Source: Nitrospirota bacterium | GTDB taxonomy: Bacteria > Nitrospirota > Nitrospiria > JACQBW01 | Direction of reading: 5' to 3' | Length of the DNA stretch: 64,000 nucleotides | NCBI GenBank assembly: GCA_016178585.1 | Contig: JACOTA010000030.1 | Location: 5,776-69,775, forward strand | In this document: one piece after another, positions 57,312-64,000 of the stretch | Layout: each line of letters opens with the position of its first letter | How positions within the stretch are numbered: the stretch's first letter is position 1 | The notes under the pieces: model-generated | What the model saw: the letters and a program-made list of their open reading frames with translations, nothing else | The model's database searches: none | What the model was told of the DNA's origin: nothing | Made by a program: the position numbers and the translations under genes

Positions 57312-58448
57312 TTAAACATCAATATTCTTGACCGAGGGTTTCACGGAATGTAACGGATCCTCTATTTCTTCCAATTTATTGTAAAAACGGTCGAGTTTTC
57401 TAACCGCATCCTCATATTTTAACCTGGAATTATTTAAATGTTTACCAAGAATTTCAAATTCTTCGTTGAACCTGACAAAATCTCCTTTTAAACGGGAGAG
57501 GTAGTCCAGAATTTCTTTAGCCGAATTCTCAATACGAAGCCCTTTGAGTCCCAGCACGATGGCCTGAAGATAGGCATAAAAACAATTAGGAGAAACAGGA
57601 ATGACCTTCCGTTCAAGAGAATAAAGGGATATGGAAGTTTCCTCTCCTTTCAACTCTTCTTTGATAATCGTTTCATAATAGACATTCTCGGCCGGGATAT
57701 ACATCAAGGCAAAATCAAAGGTTCCCTCATCCGGAAGAATGTATTTGAGGGATATCTGATCGATGTGTTTTTTGACATCCTGAACAAACTTTTTCCGATA
57801 CCCTTTTCGTTCTTCCTCATTCATAGATCCGATCATTCTTTTAAAATTTTCGAGAGGAAACTTGGAATCAACCGGAACACCCCCCTGTCCAAGGTGAATC
57901 AGAGCATCGACGATATCCCCGCTTTTAAAGACGTGCTGGAGAGTAAAACAAGAAGATGGGAGAATTTGTCCTAAAAGTTCCCCCAGGAAAAATTCCCCAA
58001 AAGATCCCCTTAACTTGGGGGTTTTTAAGATTTCCTGAAGGCTTGCAATATCTTTCCCGACCTCGTACACGTTTTCTGTCGCTTTGGAAAGCGCCCCCAG
58101 ATTCTGCTGAACCTCACCCACGACGCAAGCGGCGTGATCTAAACGCGCTCCCATCTGTCCGGCGGCGCTATGGATCTGTTCGCCCATTTTTCCCAGTTGA
58201 GCGTGCATCTCTTGAACCAGGTTCCCCATTTGCTGATTCAATTGAAGGGACTGCTGGGTGAGGTGCTCATTGACATGCGTCAGCGTCTGGGAAAATTTTT
58301 CCGACATTTCCGTTCGAACATAGTCAATTTGCTGCTGGATGAGCAAGGTGGATGGAGAAATCAATTTGCTTTGAAAAAAGACAAAAAAAACCAAAACGCC
58401 GATTAAGGTCACTAAACCCGTTATCATTATCCACTCGATCATTTCCAA
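57312..58448 (-). CDS. rmuC: DNA recombination protein RmuC
   Basis: 378 aa; N-terminal TM helix, long coiled-coil, C-terminal nuclease-like domain (DALIHL...VDSKFPLE, MYIPAE). Confidence 0.88.
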   Translation of the reverse strand: MEMIEWIMITGLVTLIGVLVFFVFFQSKLISPSTLLIQQQIDYVRTEMSEKFSQTLTHVNEHLTQQSLQLNQQMGNLVQEMHAQLGKMGEQIHSAAGQMGARLDHAACVVGEVQQNLGALSKATENVYEVGKDIASLQEILKTPKLRGSFGEFFLGELLGQILPSSCFTLQHVFKSGDIVDALIHLGQGGVPVDSKFPLENFKRMIGSMNEEERKGYRKKFVQDVKKHIDQISLKYILPDEGTFDFALMYIPAENVYYETIIKEELKGEETSISLYSLERKVIPVSPNCFYAYLQAIVLGLKGLRIENSAKEILDYLSRLKGDFVRFNEEFEILGKHLNNSRLKYEDAVRKLDRFYNKLEEIEDPLHSVKPSVKNIDV

Positions 58449-58563
58449 AAAACCTTTACCTTCCCCTGCAATTGTTCTATATGAATTATATGAAATGATT
58501 CAAATTGTCAAATTAGATTTTATTTGAACTGAAACGGCTTCCTTTATATAGTAAACCCGAACC

Positions 58564-59331
58564 ATGATGAAACCTATTAAAAAACTCTTTCAACATCCCT
58601 TTGTGATCGCCCACCGGGGGGCGTCCGCCTACGTTCCTGAAAATACAATATCTGCCTTTGAAGCTGCCGTAAAGATGAAAGCGGATATGATCGAACTCGA
58701 CATTCAACTGACCTCAGACGGTTACTGGATTGTCATGCACGATTTATCCTTAAAACGAACCTGCGGACTCAGAAAGAAAGTTCAATCCGTTACGTTAGGC
58801 CAAATAAAAACGCTTGATGCCGGATCATGGTTCTCCCCTCAATTTGCCGGTGAAAAAGTTCCGACCCTGGAAGAACTTTTAACCTGGGCAAAACATAAAG
58901 TCAGGTTGAACCTTGAAATTAAAGGCAGAGTAAAGAAAAATTCCCCCGCCATCCCCTCCCTATTAAAAACTTTATCAAAACATGGGATGGGAAAAGAAAT
59001 TATCCTCTCTTCGTTTGATTGGAAGATCTTAAGACAGGTCAGGGCTTGTGATAAAAAAATAGCTTTGGGGCTCCTGGTTAACCGACAACCTCGATATCGT
59101 TATTTAAGAGAAGCAATTGATTTAAAAGCATTTTCTGTTAACTTACCCCCCCATAAATTGAAAAAAGGGGTCTCCGAAAAAATCCATCGTTTAAAAATGG
59201 TTGTCTGGGTCTACACCCTCAATTCTCTCCCTGAGGTTAACCAATACCTGAAAATGGGCATCGACGGGTTTTTTACCAATTTTCCGGACCTTCCGGTAAA
59301 AAAGAAAATATTGTTTAGCCGGTCAGGCTGA
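58564..59331 (+). CDS. Glycerophosphodiester phosphodiesterase
   Basis: 255 aa; AHRGASAYVPENT, ELDIQLTSDG, NLEIK motifs of the GDPD family. Confidence 0.9.
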   Translation: MMKPIKKLFQHPFVIAHRGASAYVPENTISAFEAAVKMKADMIELDIQLTSDGYWIVMHDLSLKRTCGLRKKVQSVTLGQIKTLDAGSWFSPQFAGEKVPTLEELLTWAKHKVRLNLEIKGRVKKNSPAIPSLLKTLSKHGMGKEIILSSFDWKILRQVRACDKKIALGLLVNRQPRYRYLREAIDLKAFSVNLPPHKLKKGVSEKIHRLKMVVWVYTLNSLPEVNQYLKMGIDGFFTNFPDLPVKKKILFSRSG

Positions 59332-59376
59332 AAATTCCGTTGGGATTTTTTGTTGAAGAGCCCTGCCTGACATGTT

Positions 59377-60852
59377 ATGATTTCTTTCATGGTTATTAAA
59401 TCGACAACTTCCCCGGTTGAAGAACCTCCATCACTTTCCCCTGACCAAACCGATTTAAAAAATTTCTGTAAAACCGTTAAAGACGAACTCATTCGAAGTC
59501 ATATTCCCCTCTCCTGGCGTGTGTCTCCGGAACCTTACGGGCTTTCTTCCCGGGAAGTTGAAACCCTTCAAAGACTTGGCACATCCATTTTTCGATTTTA
59601 TAAAACCCAAAACAAGCTTTATTTTGAGAGCGTAAAAGGGACTCAACCCCCCTGGATCGCCTATTATCTTGACCTGGGAAAGCCCCAACAGATTGTGGAA
59701 TATGGGAGAATGAACCGGTTTAAGTCGAATCTTCCGGGAATTCTTCGACCCGATTTGATCCTGACGCCGGAAGGAATGATGATTTCCGAGTTGGATTCTG
59801 TTCCGGGCGGATTTGGTTTAATCCACCAGTTGAACACCTCTTATTCAAAACTGGGATATCCGGTGATCGGAGGTTCTGACGGGATGGTTTCCGGTTTTAA
59901 AAAAATGATCTTTAACCTAACCGGGTCATCCTCCGACTCTCCCCTGAATTTAGGCATTGTTGTTTCTGAAGAGTCAAGGGATTATCTTCCAGAAATGGCC
60001 GCTTTTTCTAAAGCATTAGACGAGCCCGGATTTTCCGCAAAGGTTTACCGGCCCGAGGAACTCACTTTTACAGAAGAAGCGATTTACCCCAGGGGAGGCG
60101 AGAAAGAAAGTGCCTTAACGGTTTTATACCGTTTTTTGGAGCTCTTTGATTACAAAAATATCCCAAAGATTGATCTTTTGCTCTATGCCACGAAAAAGGA
60201 AAAGGTCGTCACGACTCCCCCTCTAAAGGCATTCCTTGAAGAAAAAATGTGGTTTGCGCTTTTTCATCATCCCGCTCTTAAGTCCTATTGGGAGAAAGAG
60301 CTGGGAGAGGAAACTTTTCATTTTCTGAAGGAGTTCATCCCGAAAACATGGATTTTAGATCCCAGGGAACTTCCTCCCTATGGAATCATTCCTGATTTGA
60401 TTTTCCGCCAAAAACAGGTCTCTCAATGGACGGATCTTTTTATCGCAGGGCAAAAGGAGAGACGGTTTGTCATTAAACCGTCAGGATTCTCGGAATTGGC
60501 CTGGGGGGCCAGGGGGGTTAAAATCGGACATGATCTTTCAAGTCCGGAGTGGCAGGCGAGCCTGACGGGCGCGCTTTCTTCCTTTTATCAATCCCCTCAT
60601 ATCCTGCAGGAGTTTCATCAAGGGCAAAAGGAGGATTTTAACTATTGGGATGGCGGGACCGAATCGCTTGTTAAAATGAGTGGCCGGACCCGGGTTTGCC
60701 CTTATTACTTTGTCACGGGAGAGGAGGTCGTCCTGGGAGGGGCCCTGGCAACGATCTGTCCATCCGATAAAAAAATTATTCATGGGATGGCCGATGCCAT
60801 TATGGCGCCCTGCAGTATTAAAAAACAGGGGGGGAGAAATGAAACTCTATAG
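59377..60852 (+). CDS. Hypothetical 491-aa protein, putative circularly permuted ATP-grasp-type amide ligase
   Basis: Motif order resembles CP_ATPgrasp families. The Mg-loop-like ILRPDLILTPEGMMISELDSVPGG comes early, then LTVLYRF, then FVIKPSGFSELAWGARGVKIG and HILQEF late. The assignment is from memory of family patterns only. Confidence 0.45.
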   Translation: MISFMVIKSTTSPVEEPPSLSPDQTDLKNFCKTVKDELIRSHIPLSWRVSPEPYGLSSREVETLQRLGTSIFRFYKTQNKLYFESVKGTQPPWIAYYLDLGKPQQIVEYGRMNRFKSNLPGILRPDLILTPEGMMISELDSVPGGFGLIHQLNTSYSKLGYPVIGGSDGMVSGFKKMIFNLTGSSSDSPLNLGIVVSEESRDYLPEMAAFSKALDEPGFSAKVYRPEELTFTEEAIYPRGGEKESALTVLYRFLELFDYKNIPKIDLLLYATKKEKVVTTPPLKAFLEEKMWFALFHHPALKSYWEKELGEETFHFLKEFIPKTWILDPRELPPYGIIPDLIFRQKQVSQWTDLFIAGQKERRFVIKPSGFSELAWGARGVKIGHDLSSPEWQASLTGALSSFYQSPHILQEFHQGQKEDFNYWDGGTESLVKMSGRTRVCPYYFVTGEEVVLGGALATICPSDKKIIHGMADAIMAPCSIKKQGGRNETL

Positions 60853-61090
60853 TTTGGAATCATGTCCTTTCTGTGAGCTCGTCAGGGATAAGCTCGATGA
60901 GCTATCCCTGACCTGCGAAATAACAGAGGTCCCGGGCCCGCGACAGCTTCGGAAAGAAGTGTTTGAAGTTTCGGGACAATATCTTGTGCCGGTTTTTGTG
61001 GATGGAGATATCGTCCTGAATGACGAAGACAAAATTGTGAAATATCTTGAGGAAACTTACGGAAAAAACAAGAAAGAGAACATTGCCTAA
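60839..61090 (+). CDS. Glutaredoxin-like / GST-N-like small thioredoxin-fold protein
   Basis: 83 aa from MKLYSLESCPFCELV (CPFC redox motif), VPVFVDGD. SD GGGGGGAGAA precedes it. The ATG overlaps the upstream gene by 14 nt; the track ORF start at 60680 is spurious. Confidence 0.8.
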   Translation: MKLYSLESCPFCELVRDKLDELSLTCEITEVPGPRQLRKEVFEVSGQYLVPVFVDGDIVLNDEDKIVKYLEETYGKNKKENIA

Positions 61091-62185
61091 ATGATTCCTT
61101 CCGAACAATGGAAAAAAGACTTAAAAGAAAGCATTGAAACCATTGACGAATTGGCCCAACACTTTCCATTGCTTGAAAATAAAGAAGAACTGGAAAACCT
61201 GATCAAACAGTATCCCCTCCGAATCACCCCCTATTTTCTCAATTTAATGAAGGAAAAAGGGGATCCGATTATTAAACAGGTGCTTCCGATGTTAGAGGAA
61301 TCCAACTATTCGGCCTCGTGTATGGACGATCCGCTTGCCGAAGGGCATGACAGTCCCGTGCCTAATCTCGTGCACCGTTATCCTGACCGGGTACTCCTTT
61401 ATCTGACGAGCCAATGCCCGATTTACTGCCGTTTTTGCACCCGAAAAAGGTTTGTGGGCGAACCCGGGTTTATTCCCAGGGGAGTTCTTGAAGGGTGGGT
61501 CGATTACTTAACCGTCCATACGGAAGTCCGCGATATTATCATGTCGGGCGGAGACCCTCTTTTATTAACCGATGAATATCTTGAAAAGATCGTTAGGAGT
61601 TTAAGAGAAATTCCGCATATTGAGATTATCAGGATTGGAACCCGGGTGCCCGGAACACTCCCCTCCAGGATTACGGACAAACTCTGTCAGATGTTGAAAA
61701 AATATCATCCTTTTTACATGAACCTTCATTTTAACCATCCGGACGAAATTACTCCGGAAGTGAAAGAAGCCTGCGCAAAACTGGCGGATGCCGGAATTCC
61801 TTTAGGTGGACACACCGTGCTGTTAAGGGGAATTAATGATGATCCCGAGGTCATGAAATCTCTGATGCAAAAGCTTCTGGCGATTCGGGTAAAACCGTAC
61901 TACCTTTATCAGGCAGATTTAGTTTCGGGAACTGATCATTTCAGAACCTCCGTTGAAACGGGCCTTGAAATTATCAAAGCGCTGAGAGGCCATACTTCCG
62001 GAATGGCGGTTCCTCACTTTGTCATTGACGCGCCCGGCGGAGGAGGCAAAGTAGCGATCCTTCCGGAAGATGTCTTGATTCACAAAGACACAAACCAGGT
62101 CATCGTTAAAAATTACGAAAATAAAATTTTCATGTATCCTCAGCCGGAAGAGTCCAAAGTTTCGGCTCCCGCCGTCAATCCCTGA
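61091..62185 (+). CDS. KamA-family radical SAM lysine 2,3-aminomutase-like enzyme
   Basis: 364 aa; CPIYCRFCTRK (CxxxCxxC), SGGDPL, YQADLVSGTDHFR, VIDAPGGGGK (PLP-lysine region). The ATG directly follows the upstream TAA. Confidence 0.88.
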   Translation: MIPSEQWKKDLKESIETIDELAQHFPLLENKEELENLIKQYPLRITPYFLNLMKEKGDPIIKQVLPMLEESNYSASCMDDPLAEGHDSPVPNLVHRYPDRVLLYLTSQCPIYCRFCTRKRFVGEPGFIPRGVLEGWVDYLTVHTEVRDIIMSGGDPLLLTDEYLEKIVRSLREIPHIEIIRIGTRVPGTLPSRITDKLCQMLKKYHPFYMNLHFNHPDEITPEVKEACAKLADAGIPLGGHTVLLRGINDDPEVMKSLMQKLLAIRVKPYYLYQADLVSGTDHFRTSVETGLEIIKALRGHTSGMAVPHFVIDAPGGGGKVAILPEDVLIHKDTNQVIVKNYENKIFMYPQPEESKVSAPAVNP

Positions 62186-62267
62186 TCCCTGGTGTTCTGG
62201 CCTGCAAACGGCTTTTTTCGTAAAGGTTTGTTTGGCGAAACCCAACCGTCCGTCTCCCTGAAATCAG

Positions 62268-62405
62268 CCCTAAAACAGAGATAGAAAGTTGTCATTGCGA
62301 GCGAAGCGAAGCAATCTCAAGACTTTACGATAAGATTGCCACGCACCCTTCGGTGCTCGCAATGACATGATTAATAAGTGGGTGCGAAGTCTATCGCTGG
62401 TCTTG
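62268..62405 (+). repeat. Family-A miniature repeat (mosaic: subtype-1 left end, subtype-2 right half)
   Basis: The first 51 nt are identical to 4846-4896 and the last 98 nt are identical to 24507-24604. It ends 14 nt before the dcd start codon. Confidence 0.88.
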
Positions 62406-62419
62406 AAAAAGGAAGATTT

Positions 62420-62971
62420 ATGGTTAAAAGCGATCGATGGATCACAAAAATGTCACTTGAAAAAAAGATGATCACCCCGTTTGAGGGAAAGCAGGTGCGA
62501 AACGGGGTGATCTCTTTCGGGGTATCTTCCTATGGTTACGATTTAAGGGTCTCGGATGAATTTAAAATTTTTACGAATATCAATACGACCATCGTCGATC
62601 CCAAAACCTTTGACCCCAAATCGTTTGTCGATTTTAAAGGAGAGGTCTGCATCATTCCTCCCAATTCATTTGCCCTTGCACGCAGCGTTGAATACTTCAG
62701 AATTCCCAGAAATGTCATTACGATCTGCCTGGGAAAATCAACCTACGCCCGTTGCGGCATTATCACCAATGTCACCCCGTTTGAACCTGAATGGGAAGGC
62801 TATGTCACACTGGAAATTTCCAACACCACCCCCCTCCCGGCAAAAATCTATGCCAACGAAGGACTGGCGCAGGTTCTTTTCTTTGAAAGCGATGAAATGT
62901 GTGAGTTTTCCTATGCCGATAAAAAAGGGAAATATCAATCTCAAATCGGAGTGACCCTTCCCAAAATTTAG
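62420..62971 (+). CDS. dcd: dCTP deaminase
   Basis: Start MVKSDRWI (ATG 62420, SD AAGGAAG). [37 protein letters not shown] motifs. The track ORF start at 62378 lies inside the repeat. Confidence 0.93.
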   Translation: MVKSDRWITKMSLEKKMITPFEGKQVRNGVISFGVSSYGYDLRVSDEFKIFTNINTTIVDPKTFDPKSFVDFKGEVCIIPPNSFALARSVEYFRIPRNVITICLGKSTYARCGIITNVTPFEPEWEGYVTLEISNTTPLPAKIYANEGLAQVLFFESDEMCEFSYADKKGKYQSQIGVTLPKI

Positions 62972-62984
62972 GAGCCTGTCCCTG

Positions 62985-63797
62985 TTGATTTTTTTTCAAA
63001 AATATTTTGGTTTGCTTGTTTCTACGGTTTTTATTGTTACGGGCTGTACTCCTTCAAAAATTCCTCCTCCAGAGGGAATGGTGGCAGTTCCCGCAGGAGA
63101 GTTTATCGCGGGGAGCAATAAAATTGATAAAGACAGAGTTTCTACCGAGTTTGGAATGCGGCGACCCATGTTTGTCGACGAACACCCCGAGCATAAAATT
63201 TATCTCCCTCTCTACTTCATCGATCAAATTGAAGTGACCATTGCACAATATAAACTTTTTGTCGACGCGACCCGGTCAGTTTCTCCCCGCAGCTGGCCGA
63301 ACGGAATTTTTCCTTCCAAAAGGGCCAATTATCCGGTAACGTCGATTAATTGGTACGACGCCTCTCGTTATTGCGAATGGCAAAAGAAAAGGCTCCCGAC
63401 AGAAGCCGAATGGGAAAAGGCCGCGCGAGGAACAGATGGCCGCGAATACCCCTGGGGGAACGAATACCAAAAAGACTTTGCTAACATGGGAGATTCAGGA
63501 ATCGGGGATTTAACCCCCGTGGGAAGTTATGAAAAAGGGAAAAGCCCCTACGGAGCCTATGACATGATTGGAAACGTCTGGGAATGGACCTCCGATTGGT
63601 ACAAACCCTACCCCGGCACAGATTATAAAAGTGAAGATTTCGGGGAGAAAAATAAAGTCCTTAGAGGCGGCAGCTACGGCGGAGTGGGCCATTATACCCT
63701 GAAATATTTCTATCGAACCTCCTACCGGTTTTTTTCGGAACCTCAGGCGTCTTTTCAGGATGTGGGATTCCGATGCGCCAGGACCCCGGTCAGATAA
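62985..63797 (+). CDS. Formylglycine-generating-enzyme (SUMF1) domain lipoprotein
   Basis: 270 aa; lipobox VTGC, NYPVTSINWYDA, RLPTEAEWEKAARG, NVWEWTSDWY, RGGSY, GFRCAR motifs; TTG start. Confidence 0.88.
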   Translation: MIFFQKYFGLLVSTVFIVTGCTPSKIPPPEGMVAVPAGEFIAGSNKIDKDRVSTEFGMRRPMFVDEHPEHKIYLPLYFIDQIEVTIAQYKLFVDATRSVSPRSWPNGIFPSKRANYPVTSINWYDASRYCEWQKKRLPTEAEWEKAARGTDGREYPWGNEYQKDFANMGDSGIGDLTPVGSYEKGKSPYGAYDMIGNVWEWTSDWYKPYPGTDYKSEDFGEKNKVLRGGSYGGVGHYTLKYFYRTSYRFFSEPQASFQDVGFRCARTPVR

Positions 63798-63800
63798 AGT

Positions 63801-64000
63801 CTATTTTGATTTTATAAACTCGTTTAGTCTCTTTTCCTGGGCGATTAAAAATTCATAAAGATTCGGTTGATCCTTTGAATTGACCGGTTTTTCAAACTGG
63901 ATCCCCACAACCCCAAATTCATTTTGTCTATCGTTGTTCCGGACGTGTCCCGCTAACACATAATTTAAAGAGATCGTTCCCGTGAAGCTGACAATCTGCA
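63801..64000 (-). CDS. C-terminal fragment of an unidentified ORF running off the window
   Basis: Hand translation of the minus strand gives 65 open codons (QIVSFTGTISLNYVLAGHVRNNDRQNEFGVVGIQFEKPVNSKDQPNLYEFLIAQEKRLNEFIKSK) ending at TAG 63803-63801. It is absent from the ORF track because no start codon lies in the window. Confidence 0.4.
   Translation of the reverse strand, partial: QIVSFTGTISLNYVLAGHVRNNDRQNEFGVVGIQFEKPVNSKDQPNLYEFLIAQEKRLNEFIKSK

Noticed and set aside
4846-62405. Whether the recurring repeats could be a CRISPR array
   Set aside because: The copies are 140 bp rather than 25-40 bp, lie tens of kb apart in both orientations, have no regular repeat-spacer periodicity, and no cas genes are present.

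Overview
Bacterial chromosomal window of moderate GC, read by eye only (no searches or folding programs were run). It is mostly housekeeping operons with a Gram-negative-type gene set (LolA, FtsQ/A/Z, MraZ).

Gene content by region:
- 117-20229 (minus): a complete dcw division and cell-wall cluster, mraZ-rsmH-ftsL-ftsI-murE-murF-mraY-murD-ftsW-murG-murC-murB-ddl-ftsQ-ftsA-ftsZ, followed by pgeF-yggS-proC. Upstream of mraZ there is a clear sigma70-type promoter and three phased GTGGG boxes.
- 20.4-25.4 kb: a class II (B12-type) ribonucleotide reductase, then a small accessory patch holding a DUF4143-type AAA ATPase, a methyltransferase remnant and an unknown 173-aa protein.
- 25.4-34.9 kb (plus): rnj, ftsK, lolA, an ABC-2 exporter pair, yajQ, an orphan OmpR-type regulator, lepB, RNase P RNA and a short RNase HIII-like gene.
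- 34.9-51.3 kb (minus): a zinc-ribbon protein, tRNA(CAU), rpsU-yqeY-dnaG-rpoD, a HIT gene, hisIE-F-A-H-B-D and hisG, murA, prmC, prfA, rpmE and rho.
- 51.8-64 kb: a less conserved neighbourhood. It holds a Met/His-rich Spy/CpxP-like protein, an aminotransferase, a Big_2 lipoprotein, a 1034-aa lipoprotein with about 12 propeller blades, rmuC, a glycerophosphodiesterase, a three-gene cassette, dcd, an FGE-type lipoprotein and a partial ORF.

Non-coding highlights:
- Two families of structured miniature repeats with inverted termini. Family A has six copies or fragments; family B has two full copies plus one mini copy.
- All copies are intergenic. Two sit inside the dcw operon and one inside the his operon.
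- Several create false N-terminal ORF extensions in the ORF track.

The best candidate for an undescribed system is the tightly coupled cassette at 59377-62185. It combines a putative circularly permuted ATP-grasp ligase, a CPFC glutaredoxin-like protein and a KamA-family radical-SAM aminomutase that keeps both lysine-binding Asp residues. This is a hypothesis from motif reading, not a demonstrated function.
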